Source of the DNA: the human T2T-CHM13v2.0 reference genome, Homo sapiens
Length of the DNA stretch: 64,000 bases
Reading direction: 5' to 3' (one strand)
Assembly: GCF_009914755.1 (NCBI RefSeq)
Contig: NC_060941.1
The first letter of the stretch is position 1; the number at the start of each line of letters is the position of its first letter. Position numbers and translations under genes: made by a program. Positions 1 to 40,575 of the stretch are shown in pieces. Under the pieces are notes generated by a model, which worked only from the letters and a program-made list of their open reading frames with translations, had not been told where the DNA came from and did no database searches.

Positions 1-70
1 ATAGACTAATAAACTATTTAATCATGGGAAATGATTAGGGGAAAGACATAAAAAGAGAAACTGTAATCCA

Positions 71-1933
<1,863 letters not shown>

Positions 1934-2255
1934 AGATGAACAACTTGAATTATGATGAGCAACTTGAATTATGGAGGATGCTAGAAATACTGTTTCCTCC
2001 ACAGTCAGGGCTTCCTACCAACATAGTCACTTTTAGGGTTTTTGACCTGAAAAGTTCTGTGGCATATTTTTTCTTTGCTATCCACTTTTTTTTTCCTTGT
2101 AGTTCTTCCCCGCGTTCTATCCTTTATCTTCTAGAGACCTTGGTAGTTCCCATAGGAATAGTGCTTTACGGAGTCTAATGGTGATTTCTTAGGTAAAGAC
2201 AGGAAACATTTTTTTCTTTTTTACCTACAAGTTCCATATCAAAAAATGAATGTAA

Positions 2256-2390
<135 letters not shown>

Positions 2391-2853
2391 TAAGTACTAT
2401 AGTACTCTCATGAGTCAAGAGATGATTTATGCTTTTTAAATTTTTCATCAAAGCTTAAGTATTTTGCATTTAGGCTAAAATGTCATAATTTAAATTTTAA
2501 CTGGGTTATTGAAAAAAAGTTATTGGCGAAGAAAAAAATTAAGAGGATGTATAATGGTCAAGACAGCCAGCAGGGGAAGAGAACAGCATTGAAGAACCCA
2601 TATAGATTTGGAACATGTAGACACATGGAGGAATATTATTTAACCAAGAAAGCAAAGGGGAAAAGGTGTTCATTATTCTAAAAATAAAGAAAAGAGTAAA
2701 TAAGATGGTGAGTGCAATATGAAAATGAGAAGATAATGGTAAAAAAAAAAAGTGTCAGTTCTGCTCTTGAGTATCATTAATTTGATGATGCAAATCAACT
2801 TTTAATTTCTTTAATAAGAGCTCCCTGGAATTCTACAGCAAATAAAGTCTTGA

Positions 2854-3024
<171 letters not shown>

Positions 3025-3094
3025 TAAGTTATTTTTTTCTGAGATTTATTTTTACTTAGTTGGTTCTTTAGGTTTGTTTTATTATTTTCTTAAG

Positions 3095-4500
<1,406 letters not shown>

Positions 4501-4504
4501 GTAT

Positions 4505-7925
<3,421 letters not shown>

Positions 7926-8288
7926 GCAGTCTTTGTTATTTTTTAACTCCGCAATCCAGGTTAAGCTATTTTTAATGCCCAGAGTAATTTATAATATTTC
8001 CCACTCCCAACAGGAATTGAGAAAGGGACTCCAGAAGTTGGGGGCTTATTCAGACTTCTTAAAAGTCTACCTTCTTCCTCTGTACTTTCAGCCCAAAGTG
8101 AGACTTTTGAATTGGGAAGAGATACTTCTGAAACTACTAATCACTGTCACCCAATTCTAATCCCAACCATCTTTATTCTAGGCATACCATACTCACTGCC
8201 ATGCTTACCCTTCAGTTGGGCACTTTTGTCCTCCTTCCTATTGGCCTTCTGGTTCCTACCCAACTGTCCAGTCCATAGGCTTCAATGA

Positions 8289-8540
<252 letters not shown>

Positions 8541-10347
8541 TAAGTATTTGTTTTTAAACTTTTTATTTTTAATGATGATAAAATTTTAAGCTAATGACAT
8601 AATTGCTTTATTTTTATTTACTCATTCAGAGTTAAACTCCCTCAATTTCCGAACTACTCCCTTGCTGAAAGTCAGGTTCTCAGTTACTATTACAAAATTT
8701 AATAATAGAACTGTTCCATATGCAGAAAGGACCAAGACAAAGGAATGGGAAGGCTAGGGAATAACATTAACATCCACACACTGTATACTGTGCTCTCTGC
8801 TTGATGCTTTGCCCACAGTGATAATTTCTTCATATAGTGCAATGTAGTTTGTAAGCTGGTTTTAAATCCATGAGATCTCAAGTACTCTCTGCCTTATAGG
8901 ACAGATGTAGATACGGTTTTGGTCTTTCTGTTTTTACAGTTTTATAAGAGTACAAGTGATGCTGTTTTATTTGAAGCCTGAGAGCTTCTGGTTCCATAAC
9001 CAGAAATTGCTACCTGGCTCTTCTAATGGAATGGAGGGCTTTTCCATTCTTAGACCATCCAACTCTGAACTTGCTCCGAATCTCAAACCTTTCTGTTCAC
9101 AGAACAAACGCTCAAGGGCTTTCAAGAGTGTTTCTGTAGATTAGGCTTATTAGCATCAACTTCATGACTTCTAAAATGTGACTGCTTTCATGTCCAGATA
9201 GCTTGAATACAGGTATCTACCAGTGATATGGGGTGGAGAATTAATAATGCTTGGTTACATAAAGTCAGTGTTGCTTATTTTTCAAAACTTTTTTTTTTTT
9301 TTTTTTTTTACCAATTATGTTATTCCCTTCTCCCCAAGAAGTGGGCAGAAAAGCTTTGTTAACCTCCTTTTACAGATGAGGAAAAACAAGATCAGAGGTG
9401 CTAAGTGCTGTAGCCTAGTGCCAGGTCTTCTGGCCCCAATTCTGGGTTCTCCCCAAGCCCATGTTTCTTCCCCTTTCTCACAATCTTTACTTCTTCCTCT
9501 GACCCTCACCACCACCCAAAGTACTTTTAATTCCAGAAAAGAAACCCAGCTGCACACTGGCACACCTGACCTTCATGCAGTCAGAAGCTTTGGATGATTC
9601 CCCATCCAAAATATTAGAGATGAAATGAAAGCAAAGTAGGCATCTGACAAAAGTTGCTTTTTCCCTTCTGCATTTTAGGACCTCAAGTAATGTTTATCCA
9701 GAAACTGCTATCATACCAGGGATTCATTGTGTATTTAACAACATAGGCATACAATCTGGCAAATTTGAAAAACTCTTAACATACACCCCAAATCCCTGCC
9801 CAAATTTAAGAACTAGGGTGGACACAGTGCGTTTTTCCATGTCGCATCTTCTGTGATGGGGCTACGATACGTGGGAGCAGAGAATGGGGAGGGTGGAGCG
9901 CATGCCAGATGAGGATCTATCAGCAATGGGACGGGGCCTCCACTTTAGCATCTCCACCCTGCTCCTCTCAGAGGACCGCCTTTCATTGCATTCAGCTGTG
10001 ATGGTAGCACGAACACAGGTGCACCGAGGACGAGGAGAGCAGGAGCCTTGTGCTCTCTCTGCATCTGAGGCAGGACAGCACAGGGTACGGAGCAGTCTGC
10101 AGAGAGGCCAGCTCATCAGGGAAGCACTTGTCTTCCACCTTGGGCTTTGACTGAGCACTGGGCAATTGGCCTCTGGGGATCAACGAAATAATCCTAAACA
10201 GAGTTACTCTATGTCACACTATGGAATGTTCCAAGTAGGTGGCCGTGTTTTCAAAAGATGTATTTTCTCCTTTTGTTGTTGCCATTTCATAGGTTTAGGA
10301 TTGGGTGTGTGTTTCTCCTCTCTGAATGGCACTCGAATGTTTGCTGA

Positions 10348-12228
<1,881 letters not shown>

Positions 12229-12544
12229 TGAAGTCAGGAGTTTGAGACCAGCTTGGCCAACATAGTGAAAGCCTGTCTCCACAAAAAATAAGAAAATTAG
12301 CTGGGTTGATGACACGTGCCTGTAGTCCCAGCTACTTGGAAGGCTGAGGTGGGAGGATCACCTGAGCCCAGGGAGGTCGAGTCTAGTGAACGGTGATTGC
12401 ACCACGGTACCCAAGCCTGGGTGACAGAGTGAGACCCTCTTTCAAAAAAATAAAAAAGAACCTGTCAGCTACTCACCTGGAATACTGGGGTTTTGAATAG
12501 TTAGCTCTCATTCTGGTTTTTTTTTTGTGTGTGTTTTTTTTTAG

Positions 12545-12754
<210 letters not shown>

Positions 12755-15539
12755 TGACATACTTCTTCAGTCATTTAAGGCTGAGGTGTATGCTTTGTTC
12801 TTTTATTGCAGTGTATATTTCAGGATTTTTAAAGGATCCTCGCTTTCAGATCTCTGTGAATTGAAACCAAGTGAATCCCACTAGACTATTTTAAGAAGTC
12901 GATATAATAGCAAAATTTCTCCCACCCAAAACTATGTCAACAATTGGATGTACTCATCAAGTCACCCTTACTCTGCCACTAATTTATTTCCTTGTTGCTG
13001 AAATGATGAGAGAGGTATAATCTCCACCCTCACGGAGTTGTCATCACCCTGGAGAGGAAGGAGAGAGCCAAAAGACATACGTATTGTCTTGTAGACTTAT
13101 TAGATTTACACAGTATCGTCCTCCAGTGTGTAAGGCATTGTCTAAATAGGTCCAGTTAAAGCACTACAGAGTAGCCATCTTTTACAAAAATTTTTGGCCA
13201 CATTTTTAAGTTCACTGGTGAGGGGGAACGTCTCATACTCTAGCCCTCCTGAGCCTAGACCCTCTGTGAGATGTGTCACCATTTCTTGGACACCATGTGA
13301 GACATTCCCCCTCAGATTAGAGATGCTCAGCTTGCATCAACTTACCTAAAGCCTACATCTGGCTACTCTGGGACAAGTCCTGTTTACAGTGCCCATTCCT
13401 GGAGCTTGCCTCTGTCTTTTGTTCGATTACATGATGTATTACTTTTCCCAACAGGCCAGTGCTAGCATATTGGAAGAGTGATTTAATAAAGCTGGCAACC
13501 TTGACGCTATGCCACCAGTCCAACCTTACTTGCCTCATTTACCATTTCCATTATTGTGGCAGCCCTCCATTCCAGCCACAGCAGCCCCTCACCAAACCCC
13601 AGTCACACCACCCACATTTCTGCTTTTGTCTGTGTGTTTGTCCATCTAAAATGCCCTTATTTCACTCTGCCTGTGGGAGTCCTATGCATCTCTCAAAAGC
13701 CAACTCAAGTTCATCTTTCTTCTTGACACCTTCCCTGAATATTCCAGCCCTGCTGAGCCTAGTCCCTTTGTGAGATTTGTCACCATTTCTTGGACACCAT
13801 ATGAGAGACTTCAGAGGCTGAAGTGGGAGGATCGCTTGAGCCTGGGAGGTCGAGGATGCAGTGAGCTGTGGTCGTACCACTGCACTCTAGCCTGGGCAAC
13901 ACAGCTAGGCCCTGTCTTAAAAACAGCCACCACCAAAAACTATCTTGGGATTTGAATAGGATTACGTTAAATTTGTAGATTAATTTGAGAATTTACATCT
14001 GTACGACATTCTAGGAACGTGCTATCTCATGTCATGTATTCATTTCTTGTTAATGTCTTTCAGAAGAGCTTTAGTGTTTCCATATATAGATCTTATACAT
14101 CTTTTGTTAGATAAAAGATCTTTGTATTTTTGTTCCTAAATTCTTCATACATTTGTATTGCCATTGTAAATGGGATCTTTCTTCCATTTTCTAATTAGTT
14201 ATTGGTGGTACATGGGAAAAGTATTTGAGGTTTGTGTGCTGATTTCTTGATTTTGTAGATAGCCACTGTATTGAATTCTCATTACTTCCAGTAAAATCTT
14301 AGTTGATTCTCTTAGGCTTCTTTGGCTAACATTTATCATTTAATATGCAAATAATGATAGTTTTGTCTCTTCCTTTCCAATACTTCTACTCTTTCCTTCC
14401 TTTCCCTTTTCCTTTTTCCTTTCCTTTCCTTTCCTTTTTTTTCCCTTCTCAGGGCCTTGTTGTCACCCAGGCTGGAGAGCAATGGTGTGACCTAGCTCAC
14501 TGTAACATCAAACTCCTGGGCTTAAGGGATCCTCCTGCCTCAGCTTCCTGAGTGGCTGGGACTACAGGCAGGCAGCTAATTTAAAAAATGTGTTCGTAGA
14601 GACAAGGTCTTGCTATGTTGCCCAGGCTGGTTTTCCTGCCACTTCAGAGGAAGGACTCAGGTTTCCTTTTTCTCCTACTTTTAAGAGTTTTTATTAGGAA
14701 TTATCTGTTGAATGTTATCTAAAACAGTCAATAAAATGTATTAAGTGCCAGCTGCATGCAAGACCCTAAGTTAGATACAGTCAGCCCTCTTCATCAGCAG
14801 GTCCACATCTTCAGATTCAACTAGATCAGGCTGAATATTTGAAGAAAAAAAAAACCAATAAAAATACAAACAGAAAGTACAATATAACAACTGTCAACAA
14901 TGTACAATATGTATACATTTTATTAGTGATGACTTAAATTACATGGGGCCAGGCATGGTGGCTCACACTTGTAATCCCAACACATTGGGAGGCCAACCTG
15001 GGCAGCATAGTGAGACCTTGTCTTTATTAAAAATTAAAAAAAAAAATAGCCAGGTGTGGTAGTATGCACCTGTAGTCTCAGCTACTCAAGAGGCTGAGGT
15101 GGGCGGATCACTGGAGCCCAGGAGGTTGAGGCTACAGTGAGCTGTGATCGTGACACCGCACTCCATCCTGAGTAACAGAGGATGACACTGCACTCCAGCG
15201 TAAGCAACAGAGGGCAATCCTGTCGCTAAGTAAATAAAGTATAGGGGGGATGCGTGTTGGTTATAAGCAAATATTACACCATTATATGTAAGGGATTGAG
15301 CATCCACAGATTCTGGTATGGTGTGGGGGCGGTATCCTAGAACCAATCCCCCGCAAGATAGCAAGGATGACTGAACTATGGAAGAATCAAAGCAGTGTTA
15401 CACAGCATACAATTCCTGTCTTCAAAAAAGTTACCTCATCAGGTAGATGAGACTTATAATGAATAAAAGGAATCAATACAGATTTGGAGACGGTGGTTGT
15501 TGTCATAGATAATCTTAATTGCGTTTTCTTCTAAAACAG

Positions 15540-15589
15540 ATATGTTGTCACCGAAGGTCATTACAAGAAGATGAAGAAGGATTCTCAAG
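15540..15589 (+). CDS. LRRC37A2: LRRC37A-family juxtamembrane exon (ICCHRRSLQEDEEGFSR)
   Basis: aaaacag acceptor and AG|gtaaat donor; in frame. Confidence 0.92.
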
Positions 15590-15608
15590 GTAAATATTAG
15601 TCTGGTGA

Positions 15609-15764
<156 letters not shown>

Positions 15765-16332
15765 TAGTCTCGCGACGTTTTAATTAGAATTTTAGAATTA
15801 GAGGAGGGCTTAGAACTCTGCCCTCATTTTTCAGTGAGGAAACTGCCCAAGACAGGACAAATACTTACCCTAATGCTTAGCCTGGCTCCAGTGAAATTAG
15901 CTCCCCAGCCAAAGCTGAGCTGGATGGAACTAACAAGGACACACCTGCTGTCCCCAGCCCTTTCGGGAGGTGGGGAGGGATAGGAAGGAGAAAGGTTTTG
16001 GTGCCTATTGCTGCTGATGGTGGGCATCAGGCCAGGCCAGGGGCCTTCTTGGAGGCTCTGGGAAAGGGGAAGGGAAGGCCACCGGGTGTGAGAGAGAGGG
16101 CACTTGTCTCCTTCAAGGCTGATGGAAGGTAGGATATGTGAGTCCTTCCTCTTAAGTGGCAGGAAACAGTATTTTCTCTTTTATTTCTTTTTTTTTTCCC
16201 CTGGATCCTAGAACTGAGGAAACACTATTTTCTCATCTTACTGGTTTTTGGGCCCCTACTCTATTCCTTTTATGCAAACCTCACAGAATTTTAACCAGAA
16301 AGGCCAGGCAGGATGGCTCACGCCTGTAATCA

Positions 16333-16596
<264 letters not shown>

Positions 16597-17291
16597 CTAC
16601 GGAGACCTTAGATAGTAGTTTGTCCTTTTATGACAGGAAAACTGAGAAGGAGAAAGGGAGAGTGTCTTACTTACCCCATGGTCACACAATGCACTCTGCC
16701 TTTTCCTATTTTATTCAAATTCAAAAATAACATGTTGTGCTTTAAGCTGATTTCGTAGCTCACTCACTCATCAGCGACAGCCAGCCATATGAAGACTGTG
16801 AGATAGAGAACTTGGCTAGCTGCACTCACGCATTTGCTTGAGGTGATCCAACTTATAGAATAAAGTATCTAGAAAACGAAGAACCACTTCATCTCCCATC
16901 CCCCATCAAATGATGCCTGTGAGACTAAGTCCGAAGGGGACTGATATAAAATGCTTCTGCCCAGCATGGTTGTGCAGTTTGTTCACTGCACAAGGGCACT
17001 TGGCCAAGGGAGTGAGTGGGACTGAAAATCCTGCCCCTGCTCCATGCTGAGCCACATACAAAGTCCCCCCAGTATATTGTGGGGCCCTTCTGGGCAGACA
17101 TGGAGAGCTTCTGAAAGTCCCACATGCATGGAATTATTTTCAAGACCCCGGGTATGTGGTCTGTGGTGGTGGTTCTCCCTGTGATTATGGACTGAGATAC
17201 TCATTTAGTCCTAATAAGACCAGAGAAGTACATTGTCAGATACGTGGGAAACGGCTGCATCACTCACTGTCTTGTGCATGTGTCTCCCCAG

Positions 17292-17346
17292 GGGCATTTT
17301 CAGATTTCTGCCATGGAGGGGATGCTCTTCGCGAAGGGAGAGTCAG
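17292..17346 (+). CDS. LRRC37A2: LRRC37A-family tail exon (GIFRFLPWRGCSSRRESQ)
   Basis: tctccccag acceptor and CAG|gtacat donor. Confidence 0.85.
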
Positions 17347-17424
17347 GTACATTGGAGGATTCATTGCTGTGGCCAGGGAAAGCAGAGGACATGCAAAATT
17401 AATATTTCCCTTTCTATCTTCTAG

Positions 17425-17565
<141 letters not shown>

Positions 17566-17670
17566 TAAATGATGGGGCCCTCACAGTTCCCATCTAAAAT
17601 GAGGAGGGGGTGAGAAGCTTAATTGCTCCTTTCAAGAATGAAAACCTTGGCATTGTTATTCTTATCCCAG

Positions 17671-17719
17671 GGACAGCGAAGCCCCAACGGAGGAGGAGGA
17701 GAGTGAAGCCCTGCCATAG
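17671..17719 (+). CDS. LRRC37A2: LRRC37A-family last coding exon (DSEAPTEEEESEALP*)
   Basis: tatcccag acceptor; TAG at 17717-17719. Confidence 0.92.
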
Positions 17720-17763
17720 GAGGAGAACACAGCCCACCTCAGGCCTCCTGCAAAAATACATAG

Positions 17764-17769
17764 AATAAA
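17764..17769 (+). terminator. LRRC37A poly(A) signal AATAAA
   Basis: First canonical hexamer, 45 nt after the stop codon. Confidence 0.75.
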
Positions 17770-18249
17770 CAACAACAGTTACTAAATGAATGAAAATTGT
17801 GATTCCGATGAAGCCTGCCAGAGAAACAAAGCATTTTTTAAAAGAGGAAATAAGGTGATATCTGATTAGGGCAAACATGATGCAGACAAGAAATGCACCG
17901 GTTCAGAGGAGGGAAGGTCAGGCCGCCTGGGGAGAGTCCATGAAAAAGATGGAACGTGCCAGATGCTGTACCTGGTGCTGGGAAAGAGTTGACTAGGCCA
18001 GCATCCCTTTCCTCAAAGGGGGGGCTCCTAGACTGGGGGGAGGGCTGGACATCTGAATACATCCTGAGGAGACAGTGTGGGACAGCATGGTGGCAGTGGA
18101 ACCAGCCGTGGTTCTGCTCTTGGTCGGCTGGAAAGGAGTAGATGTAAGGGATGGTTTAGAAGAAGGGAAGTGGAAGAAAAGTTTTCTGAGCTGACAAGAG
18201 GAAGGAAAGGCCGCCTAGAAGGACATTAAAAAGGCAAGAGAAGCCCTAA

Positions 18250-19356
18250 GCAGAGTGAGCACCAGACTCCACAGGTTAAGGGCTCAGTCACACAGAACCA
18301 TCCGCATGTCAGACCCCAGGTGCAAGGCCAAGCATCACCTATGCATCTGACCAACTGGCTGTAAATTGGAGGTCCCCACAACTCCCTCCTCAGGTTTGAA
18401 CATTTGCTAGAACAGCTCATGGAACCCAGGAAAACAGTTTTCTTACTAGTGCTGATTTATTACAAAGGATATTTTAAAGGACACAAATGATGAAGCCAGT
18501 TGAAGAGATACACAGGGTGAGGTTTGGAAGGGTCCTTGTGGAGTTGGGGTGCACCACTCTCCTGGAACATGGATGTGTTCGCCAACCCGGAAGCTCTCCA
18601 AGTCCTGTCTTTTAAGGAGTTTTCTGGAGGCTTTATCACGTAGGCATGATTGAGCTCCAGCTCTACTCCCCACGCCAGAGGATGGGGAATGGGGCTGACA
18701 GCACAACGCTTCCAACCATAGGTCTTTTTGGTGACCAGTCCCCAAATAAGGAGCCCACCAAGAGTCACCTCATGAGAACAAAGGACGCTTCTATCACCCA
18801 GAAAATTCCAAGGGATTTAGGAGCTCTGTGTCAGGAACCAGGTTTAAGGACCAAATGTTAGAACAAAAGATGTGCAACCATAAAAAACAGCGAGATCATG
18901 TCTTTTGCAGGAACACAGATGGAGCTAGAGGCCATTATCCTCAGCAAACTAAGACAGGAACAGAAAACCAAATACTGTATGTTCTTTTAAGTGGGAGCAA
19001 AATGATGAGAACTCATAAACAACAGACACTGGGCCCTACCTGAGGGTGGAGGGTGGGAGGAGGGAGAGGAGCAGAAAAAACTATTGGGTACTAGGCTTGG
19101 TACCTGGGTGATGAAATAATCTGTACAACAAACCCCCATGACACAAGTTTAGCTATATAACGAACGTGCATATGTACCCCCTAACCTAAAAGGAAAGTTT
19201 AAAAAGGAAAAAACACCTAGGAGAAAAGAAAAATGATAAATTAACAAAGGACAATGCTCTTAGCACCGCCATCATTCAGGAATTTCCAAGGGTTTTAGGA
19301 GCTTTGTGTTAGGAACTGGGGTCAGAGACCAAATATATATTTCTTCTTATGTTACA
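18250..19356 (-). mobile_element. MER21-family LTR interrupted by an L1 3' end
   Basis: Duplicated 'ttccaaggg.tttaggagct.tgtg.caggaac..gg...a.accaaat' blocks; LTR AATAAA on - at 18456-18461. Confidence 0.75.
18875..19210 (+). mobile_element. L1PA/PB 3' terminal fragment
   Basis: gagatcatgtcttttgcaggaaca...gggtggagggtgggagg...atctgtacaacaaacccccatgacac. Confidence 0.88.
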
Positions 19357-19359
19357 CTA

Positions 19360-19832
<473 letters not shown>

Positions 19833-20103
19833 TCCAGGTGTGCTGGAGAGCCCCACTTACACTTGGAGTGTCCTGGTGCCCTACCCACTTTTGGTAGGTG
19901 TTTGGGTGTCTGAGGCTTTGCAAAAGAAGAAGGTGGGGAGTCTATGGTGGAGTCACATGGTGGAGACCTAGCTAAGTCAGAGGCCTGGAGAGGTGTCACT
20001 GGCTGGGCAGCAGGTAACACACAATCATCCTGAGCTGATTGGAGAAACACCTGGGATTGATTCAGAGTTTTTTCTGGAATGTTTTCACTGGAATGAAAGC
20101 TGA

Positions 20104-28003
<7,900 letters not shown>

Positions 28004-28699
28004 TCAGAAACTGTTCAAATTCCAATCTATACAAGTGAAACCTACACAGTTAAATGTCTTAATAGAGAGCTAAAAGCATTAAGTTCTGTCATACTCAACA
28101 TACTGATGAAAAAAATTTGAACTAAAAGACAGCCTGATCTTTAGAAACTGGCAGAAAAAATAGGGGCTGCATCCAAGACCACTCACGGCACGTCCATTCT
28201 TCCAGCAGCTCCCAACTGCTATTTTATGAAAAGTCCAAATTTCCCACCCCAAGGTCCTAGAGTACAGCCAGCTCCCTACCATCAAAAACAATAGCTACCA
28301 AAACTCAGTAAAATTAGGCTTGTTATGAAGAGAAGATTGAAGAAATAAAGGTATTTATTTCATCTTGGTATTTGAATGTGGAAACTCCCAGTAGGGTAAG
28401 AAAAAAGAATTCTGCCAGAGAAATGATGAAGTGAAACCTCAAACAATTTGGGCTTTTGAGTGCCTACTGTCATCCAGCCACGAAATGAAGCATTTTACAT
28501 AAGTAATTTAAGCCCAGTGATGCAGGCAGTAAGTATTATCTCCATTTTAAGATGAGGAAATTGAGACAGACGAGATTACCTAACTCTCTCAAGGTTTCAC
28601 CACAGAGCTGTGGTTCAAACCCATGTGTTCTAGTTTTATTACAGTTAAGAAACTGCAAGAGTTTGCCAATTTGTCAAGTGCCAGTCCAAGATAAATGGA

Positions 28700-31600
<2,901 letters not shown>

Positions 31601-31883
31601 TGCACTACTTTGAGAAAAAACATTCTAAAATCTATAGCCTGGAAAAGATAACTGCAAATAGAGTTAATTGCCAAAGGTAACAGCTAAAACAATGATATAA
31701 AATATAAAGGGACAGTCGACTTGGGTATTTCATCTGGAAAGACTGACGAATATGTAAGTCTTTACTATCAAGTACATGCAGGAGAATCTTCAAAACAAAC
31801 AGACTCCAAATAAATTCTAAAATGAGAAATTTGTAGATTCCATATGGTTAATATTTTACATGAAAATCGGGGTGTAAAAACTA

Positions 31884-32762
<879 letters not shown>

Positions 32763-32765
32763 TTA

Positions 32766-32954
<189 letters not shown>

Positions 32955-33049
32955 TTATGATTTGTGCTGGTTGAACAATTCAAAATAATTTCAACATGCG
33001 GACAGTACTTTTAATTTACAAAGCAGCCTGCTAGTCAAAGATCTATAGC

Positions 33050-34570
33050 CTTCAAAGAGAATGTGCTGGCCCCCTCGCCCATTCATCAGGACAGGTGTCT
33101 CAAACCTTCTCTACTCTCCAATCTCTAGCCACGCACCTGCCCTTTCTCTCAGCAGGAGACTATCACAGTGTACTTCAGAGCAGAGAAGCCGCCGATGGGA
33201 ATGACTTCCACTTCCACCATACAGTGTAAAAGCCAGTCTACATCTTTACCCATGCTTTTCTTCCTCCCTCTTGGAACAACAGAAGAAGGTAACTCTCTTC
33301 CACCAACTCCCTCCCTCTATGAGCCAGATCCACCCTACCCAGACTGTCTGGAACTTTTTACTATTCCTATTCTCTCCCATATCTGAATATCTCCAATCTG
33401 TTCACCTTGGCATGCTTAAGCCTTTTACATCTTTAAAAACAACAAAACAAACCTTTCCTTGATCCCCACATCTTCATCGCACTCTCTTCCTTCACATCTT
33501 CACCCTCTATTTGCTTTTTTTTTTTTTAAGAGACAGGGCCTTGCTGTGTTGGCCAGGCTGGAGCACAGAGGTACAATCATAGCTCACTGCAGCCTCAAAC
33601 TCCTGTGCTCAAGGGATCCTCCTGCTTCAGCCTCCCAAGCAGCTAGAACTATAAGCATGAGCCACCATACCTAGCTAAATTTAAAAAATTTTTTGTAGAC
33701 ACAGGGTCTCACTATGTTGCTCAGATTGGTCTAAAACTCCTGAGGTCAAGCAACCTGTCCACTAAGCTTTCTTCGGTCCTCTCACGCAACAGCACCTTAG
33801 CTCTGCTCCACCATTGGGTAGCTGGTTTTCAGTAAGGTCAGCAGTGATCACCAGGTCAATAAATCTAACACAGGCCTTCTCAGTTCTTCCATAATTTGAT
33901 CTTCTATCTGACGCTACTGCTCACTCCCTCCTTGACACCCTTCCCCAGCTTCCCTTTTCCTTCTATCTCTATGGCTGTACTGTCTCAGTCTCCTTAGTGA
34001 ACTCAGCCACGTTTAACTGATCCTGCAATGATGGGAGTCGCCCTGGCTCTCACTGGCCCCATCCACTCTCCTCTTTCTGCACCCCTCCCTAGGCAATCTC
34101 ACTCACTCCCACGACTTCATTCCTATCTCTGTACTAACTCTGAGATTTATATCCCCCAACCTAGCCCTCTCTCCTGAGCTTCAGGCTCATAATCTAACAG
34201 CTTTGGCAAATGTCTTCAAGGCCCCAAAACAAGGTGATCAGTCAAAAATGGAATTTAAGGTCCCTACCCCCAACCTCCTCCTCTGCTAGTTATCCCATCA
34301 TTGACTTCGTTCCACAAGCTGATAGCCTGAGAGGTGCCCTGGAAACATCCGATGCTCGCACCCCTAGAACCCTACTACCACACCTTATCAATTCAACCCC
34401 TTCAACAACTAATAGTCACCCTAACCCAACAGACCATCATTTCTAGCCTCAATTCCTGAAACCATATAACTAATTTCACCTCAGCCACTCTCCCTCTCTC
34501 CATCCGGTCACCATCTTCTAAACAAAGCAATAGCTTAAAAACACATAGTGTGGTCACGTCATTTCTCTAC
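33050..34570 (+). mobile_element. L2 fragment with Alu 33515-33770(-)
   Basis: aggcaatctcactcactccca...ctctctcctgagcttcag L2 motifs. Confidence 0.7.
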
Positions 34571-34939
34571 ACATTTATGTTTGATTGGAATATTTTCAAA
34601 CTTAAAAAAGAAAGAATAATCGCCCCAAAAAATAAAATTAAAAATTAAAAAAAAAAGAAAGAATAAGCCGAGCACAGTAGCTCACACCTGTAACCCCAGC
34701 ACTTTGGGAGGCTGAGGTGGGCAGATTGCTTTGAGCTCAGGAGTTTGAGACCAGCCTGGGCAACATGGTGAAACCCTGTCTCTACAAAAAAACACAAAGA
34801 TTAGCCAGGCATTGGTGCCGTGTGCCTATAGTCCCAGCTACTTGGGAGGCTGAGACAGGAGAACTGCTTGAAGCAAACATTGCAGTGAGCTGAGATCACA
34901 CCACCGCACCCCAGCCTGGATGACAGAATAACATCCAAG

Positions 34940-35098
34940 AAAGAAAAGAAAGAAAAGAGGAAGAGAGAGACAGAGAGAGAGAGACAGAGATGGGAGGGGA
35001 GGGGAGGGGAGGAAGGAAAGGACAGAAAAGGGAGGGAGGGAGGGAGGGAGGGAGGAAGGGAGGAAGGGAGGAAGGGAGGAAAGGAAAAGAAGGAAAGA
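34940..35098 (+). repeat. Polypurine tract (GA)n/(GGGA)n/(GGAA)n
   Basis: Seen directly; extends the tail of Alu 34666-34945. Confidence 0.92.
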
Positions 35099-35569
35099 TG
35101 TCCCCTTAGCGGCTTCCCACACCCAAATCCCAAACATGACTGTCAAGACCCAAGCAAGCTGGGTCTGCTCACCTTCCAAACCTCAATTCTAGTCATGCCT
35201 TATTTTAGTGAGAGACACTCGTTACATTGCAACAATCTAAATTCTTGCTAAATAAATAAATACAATGCCATTCCAATCCTATAATGATGGTAGGGGCAGG
35301 GGCAGGAAACTTAGCAAAATTATCTAAAATTTAACCTGGAGAAATAAACAAGTAAGCATAACCAGGAAATCTCTGAAAATGAGTAATGAATTATTTTTAA
35401 GGATATGCCAAGCCCTAGTAACACTTGAATAGAGTTCAAATATAAATGCAACAGGTACTTGCCCAAAAAAAGACACACATACCAGTGAGAATTTAGTATG
35501 TAACAAAGAAGGCATTTCAAATCAGCATGGAAAAATTATTCAATAAATGACATTGAACAACTGTCTACC

Positions 35570-40575
<5,006 letters not shown>

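Noticed and set aside
9288-10200. Poly-T run plus overlapping 60-120 aa ORFs suggesting a retrocopy
   Set aside because: No TSD, no poly(A) signal and no recognisable parent gene; MIR-like sequence follows the T run
28180-28262. Possible minus-strand cassette exon (ctag|gac...gcc|gtgagt) in ARL17 intron 3
   Set aside because: Poor polypyrimidine tract; would stop after ~12 codons; no independent support
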